A stretch of DNA of 64,000 nucleotides. It comes from a virus. Taxonomy: Duplodnaviria > Caudoviricetes. Positions 1-11,500 of this stretch are shown here, piece by piece. The notes under the pieces were generated by a model. That model had not been told where the DNA came from, ran no database searches, and saw only the letters and a list, made by a program, of their open reading frames with translations. Within the stretch, counting starts at the first letter, position 1. Each line of letters starts with the position of its first letter. Both the position numbers and the translations under genes were made by a program. The stretch is taken from the IMG/VR virus record IMGVR_UViG_3300021387_000147. One strand, written 5' to 3'.

Positions 1-121
1 CATCGGCTTCTATTCTGACAAGCTCTTTTAAATTTCTTTGACTTAATCATGTTCTCATCTAAGAATCTATCCATGAATGTTTTATCTGCATTAAGCTGAG
101 CTTCTAGATAGACCATCATCT

Positions 122-460
122 TTACAAACTCCATAATTTCTTAACTCCGTATTGAACCATTAAATCTTTTAAATGATGACCATTAAATTGAATTCCATCC
201 ATAGCACGATTAATACGTCTTAGCTCAGCACTTTCTATATCAGTCAATTTAGTTATATCTCCTGGAACATATCCAATTTTTATATCTTCAACTTTATATC
301 CATGATTCTTTAATAAATAATTACGTTTTGCTTTTAATGAACGCCATTCTTTTAATTTATCATAATTTGGAACCATAAAACGAATATAAAATGGACGCTT
401 ATGACCTATCTGATTTTCAAATGTATCAAACATCTCTTGAATATCCATAACTAACTCCAA
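122..460 (-). CDS. Hypothetical phage protein
   Basis: ORF on the coding strand overlapping 451..783. Weak similarity to it (D.I..M...FE at N-term; GIQF/GVQY near C-term). Confidence 0.6.
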   Translation of the reverse strand: MELVMDIQEMFDTFENQIGHKRPFYIRFMVPNYDKLKEWRSLKAKRNYLLKNHGYKVEDIKIGYVPGDITKLTDIESAELRRINRAMDGIQFNGHHLKDLMVQYGVKKLWSL

Positions 461-783
461 AAACCATTTTGACTATCATAAGACTCATATAAAATTCTTG
501 CTACATGTGCGGATATGTTATGATATTGAACTCCTTCAATTTTAGCTTCAACAGATTTCTTTGTTATAATTAGTTTATCAATTTCATCTGTATACAAATG
601 TGGAGCTTTCTTCAATCTATCAATTTTCTTATTTAAATATCTTAAAAAGTCAAATAGCAATCTAACTTTATGATGCAATTTGTATTCCCAAGCCTCATAG
701 AAAAAACGAGACATAAGACCATTCTTTGTCCTTAGACATTCAAATTCAAAATCATATATCATATCATCAATACTTCTATCCAT
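451..783 (-). CDS. Hypothetical phage protein
   Basis: ORF directly downstream of a consensus sigma70 promoter. Confidence 0.6.
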   Translation of the reverse strand: MDRSIDDMIYDFEFECLRTKNGLMSRFFYEAWEYKLHHKVRLLFDFLRYLNKKIDRLKKAPHLYTDEIDKLIITKKSVEAKIEGVQYHNISAHVARILYESYDSQNGFWS

Positions 784-789
784 ATCGAT

Positions 790-818
790 AATATAATAAA
801 AATAAAAGGTCCTGTCAA
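790..818 (-). promoter_or_regulatory. Sigma70-type promoter TTGACA-17-TATATT with the -35 embedded in a terminator-like hairpin
   Basis: Minus strand reads AATAAAAGG-TTGACA-GGACCTTTTATTTTTAT-TATATT; spacer is 17 nt. Confidence 0.8.
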
Positions 819-822
819 CCTT

Positions 823-1416
823 TTATTTCTTATTTTTAAACATAGAGTCTAATTTTTCTCTTAATTGTTCTTCAGTTCCAGAATTATCAATTATTTTGTG
901 TTCCCATTGAATTTTTTCGGATTGTAATCGCAATCTTGCATTTACTTGTTCCAAATTAAATCCTTTGGCTTCCAATCTTTTTAGTCTAGACGTGTCATCT
1001 GTTTTAACCAAATAAATGTCGAATGAGAAACTTGCATGTCGACCTCGTAAATCATTTTCAAATATCTTTATTAAGAATTTACTAAATCGTCTATCCTCAA
1101 AAGCAGGCATCTCAATAAAAAATGCATCTTTCCGCTGTTTCATTAGATAACTTATTCGTAATGCCAAATAGTCATCCAACTTCGCTTCAAATTCTTTTCT
1201 TACTGCATCATACTTTGGATCAAAATATGCTTTTCTCAATTCATCAAAATCATTTATACCATATAACTTCGTCAATGTTCCCCACAATTCATTACAAATT
1301 GCATTCTTGGATATTTTATCCAAGTTCCATACTTCATATCCTTTTTCTCTAAGGATTTTTGAAACAGTAGACTTTCCTGAGCCCATCAATCCAGTTATAA
1401 CATTTAATCTTTTCAT
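823..1416 (-). CDS. coaE: Dephospho-CoA kinase-like P-loop kinase
   Basis: ITGLMGSGKSTVS P-loop, xD after it, R..RL..R/K, ARL..Q and IIDNSGT C-terminus typical of CoaE. Confidence 0.75.
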   Translation of the reverse strand: MKRLNVITGLMGSGKSTVSKILREKGYEVWNLDKISKNAICNELWGTLTKLYGINDFDELRKAYFDPKYDAVRKEFEAKLDDYLALRISYLMKQRKDAFFIEMPAFEDRRFSKFLIKIFENDLRGRHASFSFDIYLVKTDDTSRLKRLEAKGFNLEQVNARLRLQSEKIQWEHKIIDNSGTEEQLREKLDSMFKNKK

Positions 1417-1560
1417 TTCAATTTTATTTTGTCACAGTCATGTGCTGTCTTTTTAATTAAAACTTTTTCACGTGCAACTAAATAGCATATAGCCGAAATT
1501 CCAAATACTGTTGTTATTATCTTTATTATCTTTTTCATAGTTGCATTATTTATTAACCAC

Positions 1561-1590
1561 AAAAACCCAGACTTTTACATCTGGGCTTTT
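1561..1590 (-). terminator. Intrinsic terminator after pncB
   Basis: CCCAGA-loop-TCTGGG hairpin flanked by A/T tracts. Confidence 0.65.
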
Positions 1591-1608
1591 ATTCAATTTT
1601 ATTTTATA

Positions 1609-2865
1609 TTACATGCGGAATGCAAAGTCAGTTTCATTCTTGACACGCCAATCAATAGCGCGCTGCAAGAACTCACGATAAACTTCACTCTTACCCATGA
1701 ACTTACCTGCACTGTCACTAATCTTGCAGACAGGAATTCCATTCACTTCGGTGAGCTTAATCACCTGATTCATTGCCTTAAAATGACCAGTATCATTCAG
1801 CAACCAAGTTCCAATTCCAAATGCAATATTGCAACGACCCTTAAAGTGTGCAGTAATCTTTGCGGCACGTTCAAAATCCAAACTATCACTGAAGAGCAAA
1901 GTCTTTGTCTTCGGATCAATGCCCAGCTTCTGATAGTGAGCAATCATCTTTTCACCCCATTCAATAGGGTCACCACTGTCATGGCGAAGACCACCGAACA
2001 ACGTTGCAAACTTGTCAGTAAAGTCCTTCAAGAAGCAATCAGTCGTAATGCAGTCAGTCAAATAAATACCGTTCTTAACACCGTATTCCTTTGTCCATGC
2101 CTTCATCATATAGTAGTTCGACCAAGCAGGGTTGTGGAAAGGATAACCCTGACCAACAACTTCAACAGCTTCGTGAGCCATCGTTCCCTTAGGACTCCAA
2201 CCAAAGAGGAAGGAGAAATAAACATTCGAAGTACCAACAAACAGACGGCGAAGGATTTCATACTTCTGCATCCATTCATACATAGTGCGGAGCATCCATT
2301 CCTGGAATTCCTTACAGAAGCGACGACGAGTACCAAATTCAGAGAATGCGGCCATATCAATCTTACCATCGACAAGGTCCTGCAACTTCTGAAGGAAAAT
2401 CTTCTTAGCGTCTTCAATAATTGCATTCTGTTCAGCCTTAGTGTAATGTAGACGGAACCAAACTTCCGATACAATTGCCATTACAGGAACTTCGTGGTAA
2501 GAAACGTCAATATTATATCCACGGAAGTGAATTTCAGGCTGTTTGATGGCTTCATCCATCTTACAAGTAATTTCATTACGGTCGACTGTATAACGCTTGA
2601 GGAAACCAACGTAGTCATGGACCATAAAGTTAATCATAGCGAAATGATCCAACTCCCACTGAGTATAACGGAGCCTTGCATACAAATCAATCTGATAATT
2701 GATTTCGTCAATCATTTCCTGAGTAAAAATACGCTGGGGATCACGATTCTTATACGTCCATTCGACCTTAGCATCGTGGAACTGATGCACAAACATCTGT
2801 CCCATCGTATACTTATAAAAATCGTTATCACTCAAATGTGTAATAATTTGCGGTAAATGTGCCAT
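1609..2865 (-). CDS. pncB: Nicotinate phosphoribosyltransferase
   Basis: DFYKYTM, EFGTRRR, GTSNV, GTMAHE, RHDSGDP, LLFSDSL, FGIGT, VIKL and KISD motifs. Confidence 0.93.
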   Translation of the reverse strand: MAHLPQIITHLSDNDFYKYTMGQMFVHQFHDAKVEWTYKNRDPQRIFTQEMIDEINYQIDLYARLRYTQWELDHFAMINFMVHDYVGFLKRYTVDRNEITCKMDEAIKQPEIHFRGYNIDVSYHEVPVMAIVSEVWFRLHYTKAEQNAIIEDAKKIFLQKLQDLVDGKIDMAAFSEFGTRRRFCKEFQEWMLRTMYEWMQKYEILRRLFVGTSNVYFSFLFGWSPKGTMAHEAVEVVGQGYPFHNPAWSNYYMMKAWTKEYGVKNGIYLTDCITTDCFLKDFTDKFATLFGGLRHDSGDPIEWGEKMIAHYQKLGIDPKTKTLLFSDSLDFERAAKITAHFKGRCNIAFGIGTWLLNDTGHFKAMNQVIKLTEVNGIPVCKISDSAGKFMGKSEVYREFLQRAIDWRVKNETDFAFRM

Positions 2866-2895
2866 TTTTATTGTCCTTTTGTTTAGTTTTCCTTT

Positions 2896-3153
2896 TTAAA
2901 TAAATGAAATCTTAAGTTTTTCATTTTTTGTCAATTCAAGAATGGACTTAACCTTAGCCGTGTTAACAGCAACTATCGGAAAAATTCTAGGCTTATATTC
3001 CTTATATTCCATTGGTGTTTCAATGATAAGCATCTTGGTCGACATATCAATTCCATACTTTTTGAAGTTTTCAATCATCTTCTTAACCCATTCAAGGCAG
3101 TCGCCAGAGTCATGCCTAAAAAAATCATTCTGAGTAAGGATTTCTTTTTCCAT
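2896..3153 (-). CDS. Small protein carrying a duplicated PncB segment (truncated paralog or remnant)
   Basis: RHDSGDCLEWVKKMIENFKKYGIDMSTKMLI aligns with pncB RHDSGDPIEWGEKMIAHYQKLGIDPKTKTLL. Confidence 0.75.
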   Translation of the reverse strand: MEKEILTQNDFFRHDSGDCLEWVKKMIENFKKYGIDMSTKMLIIETPMEYKEYKPRIFPIVAVNTAKVKSILELTKNEKLKISFI

Positions 3154-3170
3154 TCTAAACCTCTTTTTGT

Positions 3171-3428
3171 TTATGCTTTTGTAATACCCATTTTCTTATA
3201 CAGGTAAGAGTAAATGGAATCTTCTATTGCACCATAGTCATCGTAAATTCGAGTAGCAATGCAGACTTTTCCATTAGTCACATCATAGAGCGACAAGTGC
3301 CCAGATTTCGTGCGTTTAGTAGTGAATGAATAACCACCAACAGTATAGTTAAAGATACCCTGAACTGGATCATTTTCACCAGCAACCTTATTTTCACTAA
3401 ACCATTTGATATATTCAGCAGTTTTCAT
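3171..3428 (-). CDS. Hypothetical early protein (start re-called to MKTAEY)
   Basis: AGAGG SD and promoter lie just upstream of ATG 3428; the longer ORF call runs through the promoter. Confidence 0.7.
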   Translation of the reverse strand: MKTAEYIKWFSENKVAGENDPVQGIFNYTVGGYSFTTKRTKSGHLSLYDVTNGKVCIATRIYDDYGAIEDSIYSYLYKKMGITKA

Positions 3429-3434
3429 TCTATA

Positions 3435-3513
3435 ACCTCTTTTTGAATACAAGTATAATATAGTAAATTTTATGGCCCTTGGTAACCCCTTTTTATGTAA
3501 AATTTTATTTACA
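3435..3513 (-). promoter_or_regulatory. Early promoter cassette copy 1 (box 3496-3513; TTACCA-17-TATATT)
   Basis: TGTAAA-N6-TTTACA 10 bp upstream of the -35, then SD. Confidence 0.8.
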
Positions 3514-3514
3514 T

Positions 3515-3606
3515 TTAGCCCTTCCAGGATGAATTCTGGGCTCTTTTTTGTCCCGGGCATGTAATTATACGGCAAATATAAAAAGAGAGCCCTGGAAGCG
3601 CTCTCT
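3515..3606. repeat. GC-rich hairpin element copy A (includes a terminator-like GAGAGC/GCTCTC stem)
   Basis: Aligns by eye with 21114-21203 and 54510-54594. Confidence 0.65.
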
Positions 3607-3628
3607 TGAGTCAAATTTTATGTTCTTT

Positions 3629-4246
3629 TTAGTCCATAAAGGCCCATTTTTCTGGCTTTTCATCACCATTTATCCATGTAATCAAAGGTTTACAATTGGC
3701 ACCCTTTTCCCATTCAAACCAAGCGTATGCCACTGCTCCAGCCCCAAATAATTCCTCATCGCCATTTTTAGCACAATTGGAACGTTGAGTCAATACATAG
3801 ACATTTTTCAATTGATTTGTATCAAATAACTTTCTTCTCTTTTTACCTTCTAAGAAAGTCAATTTCAAATACATTACAACTTTCCTTCCTTTTGGTATCA
3901 TTTCAAGTGCTTTTTCTACACATTCTTGAGCCAATTCATAAGGAGGATTTGTGACTATATCACCATCAAAAGTTTCTTGTTGTTCTAAGAAGTTCCATGT
4001 TTTATCTAATGGATATTCTCTTTGTATTAAATCAGCACATGTAACATTATAGCCTCTATCCTTAAAGACTTTAGCTATATGACCATTTCCAGCACAAGGC
4101 TCTAAGATATTTTTTGAAAAATCAATTTTACATTCAGTAAATAACTTTTCAACTATCTTAGGATTTGTTGCATAAAAGTCATTTTGTTCTCTTTCATCTT
4201 TACAATGATTAGAACATCCATTTGTCACATAAATCTTATCTGCCAT
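3629..4246 (-). CDS. DNA methyltransferase (N6-A/N4-C class)
   Basis: NDFYAT, ILEPCAGNGHI (motif I), DIVTNPPY (motif IV), YAWFEW. Confidence 0.85.
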   Translation of the reverse strand: MADKIYVTNGCSNHCKDEREQNDFYATNPKIVEKLFTECKIDFSKNILEPCAGNGHIAKVFKDRGYNVTCADLIQREYPLDKTWNFLEQQETFDGDIVTNPPYELAQECVEKALEMIPKGRKVVMYLKLTFLEGKKRRKLFDTNQLKNVYVLTQRSNCAKNGDEELFGAGAVAYAWFEWEKGANCKPLITWINGDEKPEKWAFMD

Positions 4247-5076
4247 TATCTAATACTTTCTTTAGAGCATCAATATCTGCTTCTGGATTGATACATGTTG
4301 AATTTGGCTTATTTTTAATTTCATTATACAAGTCATAATCATAATACTTACTATCTTCATTAAAGATAACCTTGTATAAATCACACTTGTAAGCATAACT
4401 ATCAGTCTTATTTCTCTTTGACTTTTTAATCATGTAATTCAAAGCGTCTTTAAGAGTTTTCTTATTTAATGCTTTGATATACATTGCACAATGTTCATAT
4501 TGACCACATGCAAGTAATTTACCAATATCATGTAATACTTTCATATCAGGCTTCATGAAAAATTCAACGATAGCCTCAATTGATTCTTTAATTGTCATTT
4601 TATCACCTCTTGTTATAAACTTCTAGAACTTTTGTTTTATATTTATTAAGCAACATTGCTAATACAATTTCATACATTGCTTCACTAAACGAATATTCAT
4701 GTTTATTAGCATCATAATCTCCAGAATAATCTAGAAAATCATCAGAATACGAATAGTGTCCTTTAAAGTCAATTTCACCTTCATATCCAAGCTTAGGAAT
4801 TTTCACATCATTTTCCCATAAATCATTACACAAGAAAATGTATTCATCATCTGCAAAATCAATATCCCATTCATGCACATCATACAATTTAAAGATCGCA
4901 TCAAATAATTCTCTATCAGACATTAAAGTTCCGAAGATTTTGACTGAATAACTAATCAACGTATCAATATCTTCTTTAAGATTTGCATATTCATTATTAG
5001 ATGCTTCATCTAAAATTTCTTGTGCATATTCTGGATCAAAACATAGATCTTTTTCATCAAAACCATTGTTATACAT
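4236..5076 (-). CDS. Two hypothetical proteins (4236..4598, 4603..5076)
   Basis: Packed ORFs on the coding strand. Confidence 0.6.
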
Positions 5077-6068
5077 TATGCTACCTTTAATTCATTAGAA
5101 ACTTTTTTATAGCGAAGAACATACTTCATTTTAACAGGAGTATTACGATAATTAAATGTTTTACTTGTTTTTTCTACTTTATCTAAAACATACTGACCAG
5201 CAAATTTGATTTTATTACCCTTTCCAACGAAGAAATTGTAAATATCATCTTTAGCTGTCTTATAACGCCAATTTTCAGAGTACTCTTCATTCGTATACAT
5301 ATCCATTGTCGACAAATCATTAGCATATTCATTATACCAATATCTACCTTGACCCTTAGCATTCCAATTGTTCATATCACGAGTCAAGAAAATCTGGCCA
5401 GGATATTTCTTTGTCAATTCCTTATCTGGATTTGTATTTTGAATAGAACCCTTTGTTAAATCATGACCATATTTCTTATAAAGAACTTCTACAATAGATT
5501 CTTTTCCTTTAGATGCCTTTCCCCAAGTTGGTGTCTGCAACAAAGTATTAAACAAATCAGACTTTGTAATGAATTCAAAATTATCTTTAATTCTAATCTT
5601 ATCACCTGAATTATATCTAATAAATCCAGGACGGTCATCCCAATTAAACTTCTTATGTTTAGCTACATGTTTACGAACGCATTGCAAGAATTTTTCAATA
5701 TCTTCCATTTTCTTTTCTATACCATGCGTCACATCTACACGGCAAATCTCAAAGTCATCGCGACCAATCATTGCCATCTTTTCAAAAATATCCAATTCAC
5801 GTTGCTTATCTGCTTCTTTCTGACGAGCATGGTGACCTTCATCAACTTCCAATCCAACATTGATTGCATCAAAAGTCAAATCAATTAGAGCCTTTCCATT
5901 ATCTCTCTTTACATAAGCCTGGAATGTTGGCTTCAAATCCCAAAATTTAAACCCCATTCTATCCATTAGACGGAGTTTAACCGTATTGATAACTTCTACT
6001 TCAAACTTCTTGTGGTCATGCTTATTTAGTTCTTCAGACCAATATAAATCTTTTTCATCAATTGTCAT
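5076..6068 (-). CDS. PvuRts1I/AbaSI-like PD-(D/E)XK nuclease
   Basis: Q.YVKR...ALIDL.F....LEVDEGHH..Q.EAD..RE.DI resembles the AbaSI-family nuclease domain; longer C-terminal domain follows. Confidence 0.65.
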   Translation of the reverse strand: MTIDEKDLYWSEELNKHDHKKFEVEVINTVKLRLMDRMGFKFWDLKPTFQAYVKRDNGKALIDLTFDAINVGLEVDEGHHARQKEADKQRELDIFEKMAMIGRDDFEICRVDVTHGIEKKMEDIEKFLQCVRKHVAKHKKFNWDDRPGFIRYNSGDKIRIKDNFEFITKSDLFNTLLQTPTWGKASKGKESIVEVLYKKYGHDLTKGSIQNTNPDKELTKKYPGQIFLTRDMNNWNAKGQGRYWYNEYANDLSTMDMYTNEEYSENWRYKTAKDDIYNFFVGKGNKIKFAGQYVLDKVEKTSKTFNYRNTPVKMKYVLRYKKVSNELKVA

Positions 6069-7817
6069 TTCTTTAATTCCTTTGATATAGAGTCATCGTC
6101 AATGTAAATATATTCATCTAAATCTTCTTCAAACTTTCGCTTTCTAACTTCATACTTTTCAAGTGCTTCTATTAAACGCTTAGCATCCTCTATATTAGCG
6201 AATGCCACATAGTCAACCAATCCAGGAACTTCAATTTTATTACTTGACGAAAAATAATAACTAGATTCTTCGTAATATACTTTACGATATTCATCCCATG
6301 TAGCGCTATTCCAAAATATCCATCCCTTACGCTGAGGCATGTAATAAATTTGACCTTTATAGTCATATTTCTTTAATCGCCATTTAAATAACATTTTAAA
6401 TTCCTCTAGTTATGAGGCTGATGCTCATCCCAGCAAGCCCATTTATTTGGACTATTTTTGTGTCCTTCATAGCGATGCTTACGTTCAACCTCAATCGCAT
6501 TTCTAATTTTGTCTGTGTTAATTAAACCCCATGCATAATGGTGCGCCAACATCTTTCTTAAAACTGCAATAGTTTTGTCTAAATCCAACTGTTCTTTGTC
6601 ATCATTCGTTCTTCGTTTCAACTTATACATGTGAGCAATTTCTTCTCGAATCTGCCAATAATCTTTAGCAAACTTAACAAGAGAAGCCGGATCTTTAAAA
6701 TCTGAATTTAACAAAACTGTACTCATTTAATTTTTAGGTCCTTCAACTACTTCAACAACTTTATCCTTATTTTCCCATTCGTATGCTTTTTTTTCAAATT
6801 CCTTCATGGCCTTATACGCTTCATCCAAAGTCTTATAATCAGACTTTCCATTAAAACCAAAATCATCAATCGGGTACCAATTCAAAGGACATATACCTTC
6901 CCAATCAACACTATCATATTGCCAACACTGAACCTGAAAAATTCCAAGATTTGTCTTAACAATTCTTGTCGTCCACAGTTTATACTTATGATTATGTCGA
7001 TAAGTTAAAACAGGAATAGTAATAAACAATCCAATTGCTATAACAAGAATAATAGTAGCAAGAGCATGACAAGTAATCATTTTAAAATCTCCTTTTATTA
7101 AAGCCAGTAAAAAAGTACAAACAAATGTTGTTTTGTTTCATATACAATACTCTGTATATCAGCCCTGTTTATGCGACGTTGTTTTACATAATCACAAAGA
7201 TCATCATGACTTAAAAAACTGGCACTAACTAATTTCATAAAATCTCCTTTTACTTGACCTTCTTAAAAAAGTCTTCACGTTCTTCTTTAGTCATGTATTT
7301 AAGCGGAATAAGAGGATTTGGACCATATTTTCCATTATAACGCTTTTGACGAATTTCCATATCAATTTCTGTTCCACGAACAAACTTTGCAAAATTAACT
7401 CGCCAAGCAACATAAAGAGGAATATACGTATTCAACAACTGAACTCGCGTTTCCATATCAAGTGTCCTACGAATTGCCTTAGAAAGAGCTTCCAAAAATT
7501 CAGCGGCCCTATAATAAGCCAAATAATATTGATATTCAAAGTTGTTCTTTCGCATTGTATTTACCTCTTTTATTTTATTAGTAACAAAGTTCCCAGTTGA
7601 GCCACTTTGCTAGGTGAGTATAAAGACGTTCCCAAGCTCGGTCATAACCATCGTTGCTATCATAATCGCTCAAATAGTCACGGCTAACCAATTTACCATT
7701 TTTGTAAAGGTTAATCTGGTCGGGGAATCGTTCAATTTCAAACGTTCCGCGGATTGTTTCAATCGTTTCGCCGTCTTTCAAATTTTTAAGATTTTCTGCC
7801 GTGATTTTTCTGTTCAT
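6065..7817 (-). CDS. Cluster of small hypothetical proteins (6065, 6406, 6727 [N-terminal TM], 7250, 7578)
   Basis: Packed ORFs with SD motifs, downstream of a promoter cassette. Confidence 0.6.
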
Positions 7818-7823
7818 TGGTTA

Positions 7824-7955
7824 CCTCTTTTATTTTAACAAGTAAAATATACTAATTTTGGATTCGTTTGTTAACCCTGTTTTTTGTAAAAAGAAGTTTA
7901 CATTGCATAAAAATAGGTGCTCTTTTAAGCACCCTTTTGTAAATTTAAATTTACT
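7824..7955 (-). promoter_or_regulatory. Early promoter cassette copy 2 (boxes 7885-7902 and 7938-7955; TTAACA-17-TATATT)
   Basis: Conserved leader TATATTTTACTTGTTAAAATAAAAGAGG; hairpin between the two boxes. Confidence 0.85.
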
Positions 7956-8505
7956 CAGCTTTTACATGTTTAAATCCAAGCGCTTTCGCTTCTTTTACTG
8001 TAATTGTATCGCCATCTTTATACAATTTCTTTTGTCCTTCTTCGTTAACTTCTCCACTTTTAAATGTAGATGCAGGAAGAGGATCTCCAGGATGGAATGT
8101 ATACATACAATCTCCAATTCCATCTTCTGGTCCAACAATCAAAATCGTATAATCAACTCTTTCACGCTGATCAGTCTTCATACAAAGCGATAAGAAACCA
8201 GTATTCTTAAAATCTCTGAAATGACAAACTGTATCATCAGTAAATCGATTAATATCCAACATACCATGATAACCAGGAATATCTTTTGTCTTAAATGCTT
8301 TACATCCAGGAGACAATACATTTTCAACATCAATCCATGGAGTCCAATTTGCAGTCATCAATCGATTTTCCATTTCATCAACAGTTTCACATTCTGTTGT
8401 AGAACCAATACCATTCTTCAATCTCTGTTGGAGACATTTCTTAAAGTAATCTGGCATGTTCTTCTTTGTATTCTGAATACAACTTCTTACATACTTGTTA
8501 ATCAT
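7951..8505 (-). CDS. Hypothetical protein
   Basis: 184 aa ORF; its stop codon lies in the box at 7950-7955. Confidence 0.65.
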   Translation of the reverse strand: MINKYVRSCIQNTKKNMPDYFKKCLQQRLKNGIGSTTECETVDEMENRLMTANWTPWIDVENVLSPGCKAFKTKDIPGYHGMLDINRFTDDTVCHFRDFKNTGFLSLCMKTDQRERVDYTILIVGPEDGIGDCMYTFHPGDPLPASTFKSGEVNEEGQKKLYKDGDTITVKEAKALGFKHVKAE

Positions 8506-11500
8506 GCTTTAGCCAACCTTTCAAAAAAGTCTTCATCTTCATTGATTTCTGTAATTTCTTTATTTTCAATCATCTTACAGACTTTCTTATAATTCTCATC
8601 AAACTTCTGTAGAGTTGGCAATTCACCAAAACCATCTCTCAATGAAGCATTCTTAAATGGAATCATCTTAATCTGCACATTCTTCTTATATTCATTGAAT
8701 GTAGATAATGCAGTCTGTAAAAATTCCATTGACTTATCAATTACTTCACTTGCCATTTCTACATAACAATCTGTAGATAATAACTTAATTCCAGCCTTAG
8801 ATTCCAACTTATCACTTTCACTTTCAAATTTAAATGTAATCTTTGTAAAGTCTATTTGAAGTGGATCACACGTGTTATAATAACGCTGTTGCTTATTAGG
8901 CTGAATTCCATAGACTTCTAATTCCTTAGTTGTCAAATTAGCATGAATGAAATAATTTGCTCGACAACCATATCTATCCTTATTGACTTCTCTCAAGATA
9001 ACTTCATAAGGAGATGCTTCAAATTGAATTGTAATTGCATCATTAGTCAAAAATTCAGCTTTATTCTTATCTAAGCCTGATGCATATTTCTTACTTAGAC
9101 GTTCAACAACGTCAATCATCTTTAACTTTAATTCAGTTTCTTTCTTAAGGTCCGCAAATTTAATTTTATCTACGTCCTTTATTTTATCAGCGATTTTTGA
9201 AAAATCAACCATCATTTTTTGTTTCCTTAAAAGAAATAGTTTTTATCTTCATATCTTTATAATACTTCTTAAATGACTTTACTGCAGTATCAATCAAATT
9301 ATGCATTTGGTCAAAGTGCATACACAAGAAAGTAAAACATTTATCTAACTGTTCAGGAGTACAATCACTTCCCATATATTGAACTTCACCAGTAGAAAAT
9401 TGAATATTGGCTAAATCAAAATTATATTTATCTCTCCATTCTGCAAAATCAGAATCAGAAATGAATTTATACTTTATACAAGATACTTCTGTATCTACTT
9501 CATCATGTAAATTAGAAGTAATTGCCTTAAACTCAAACAAGTAAGATGGTAAATATATTTTAACTTTATCGTAGTCAAATAGACTGCACATTGAAGTTTT
9601 CAATCTAAATTCATATTCTTGTCCATCATCAACAGCAACAGCAAGACCATCTTTCTTATCAAAATACTTCTTGATAAGCATATCACACAAATCAAGAGCA
9701 AACTTTTCTCTTTTATTGCGTTCTTTTAAAACGTCATAATTATAACTCATCCTATTGTTTCCTTACCAATAATCATTTCAATTTCTTTGCGCTTTATTCC
9801 ATTCCTTACTTTCTTACAATAATCAGCAAGAAATTCTGGAGTCAATAAAGTCACATTGATTTTCATATATTCACTTACTCCAATTCTATCTAATGGATCT
9901 TCCTCATCTGGATCAATGTAAAACTTAGTTCCAAGATCTGCATATACAGTTCTTAATTCAATAAGATATGATTCATTATATTTTTCCAAACAAGGTAATG
10001 TGAAATATGTTCCATAACCATCACTACAATCAATAAAACCTGCTTCCAAAATCATTTTTTTGATTTCTTTCTTAGGCGGTTTCTTAATCAAAGTAAATTC
10101 TTCCATATTAACCCCAATTTGGAACGCTCAAACCAACGGTCTTGATTTGTGCAAGTTTAAAAAGACGAATAATTCTCTGTGCATATCTTGTAAAGAATGT
10201 TTCATCAATACAATTATATTTAACCAAGAACATATCAGAGACAATGCTTTCATCTATAGACAAATTACATTGATCTGACTTTGGAACTCTACGCACAGCA
10301 AAAATCACTTTCTTATTAGCTAATACTTCTCCATTCTGACCAATTCTCAAAATTGGAAGTGTATGACTAATTTGTGGAAGCATGTAATAACATTCTTGAC
10401 TATTAAATTCAAAGCCAGCATCTTCTGCCATCTTTACAACATCTTCACGCTTCCTTTCTTCAATAAAATCCAAGTCAGGCTCTTTTCCACGAAAATCAAG
10501 AATATCTACTTGAGTAAATCCAAGCTCAAGTTCAAAATCTTTATCTACGTCTTTAAATAAATTATCCATTTTCATTTTCTACTTCCGCGTTGAGGCTTAA
10601 AAGTGTTAAATCAAGTTCTTTCTTAAATCTATTCAATCTCTTTGCATAACCACAAAGAAAATCTTCGTCAACTACCTTAAATTCTCTCTTTTCATTTGTA
10701 TTCCAAGATATATCCCATTGATTACGCTTCCAATTATTTCTTGCATGTGAAATTGTCACTTGTCCATAATTAGGATTGTTTTTATCATAAATCTTGTTTG
10801 GATATATCTCAAAAACATGCGCAATATAAATATACTTTGTTCCAATCTCAATTGGAGCATTATAATCTAATAATGCTGGAACAGTCCATTGGTCATCTTT
10901 TCTACCATAAGATGGATATAATGCTCTAACAAAACCACAATCTTCTAATAGTTTTATCATTTCTTTCTTTGTTTTCCTTTGTATCTTATCAAACAAAGGA
11001 ATTTTACACCATTCACCTACCTTTAAATCTAACATTGCTTCTTATACTCCGATTTAAACGTTCCACTGACGATTGCCTTAATTCTTGCTTGTCGCTGCAT
11101 TTCTTCCAATGCTTGCTCATCTTCCAAATCACCATTCAACGAAACAATCGCCAAATCCTTTTCTTTCATTTTTCGAGTAAACCAATCTTTATAATCAACG
11201 AAAAATTCTTCTTTAAAATCAAGATTGTTTATATACGACATTGCTTTCACATTCCAACCATCAAAAACAGCACGTTTAACATTCGAATATGGGTCTTTAA
11301 CAACTTGGAAATTAAACTTTGTCGCATAACAACAATGATCATCATAAACTTCAATCAATACTTGATTTCCAACAGGTCCACAAAATGGCGCAATAGTGCA
11401 TTGATAATGATTTGACGCTCCACTATATTCCCAACATACAAAACCAATCGCTTCTAACTTCTTAGCGATTTCCTTTGCCTCTGGCCCTTTACGTCTAGGA

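Noticed and set aside
3429-3614. N-terminal extension of ORF 3171..3614 (likewise 35515..35562)
   Set aside because: Runs through promoter and hairpin elements; SD-supported starts lie downstream.
3629-6068. Classical type II restriction-modification pair
   Set aside because: The genes are not adjacent and the nuclease looks modification-dependent; orphan MTases are common in large phages.
7885-7902. Assigning the operator to TyrR itself
   Set aside because: The consensus matches, but the short AT-rich palindrome could be convergent and the host is probably not enterobacterial.
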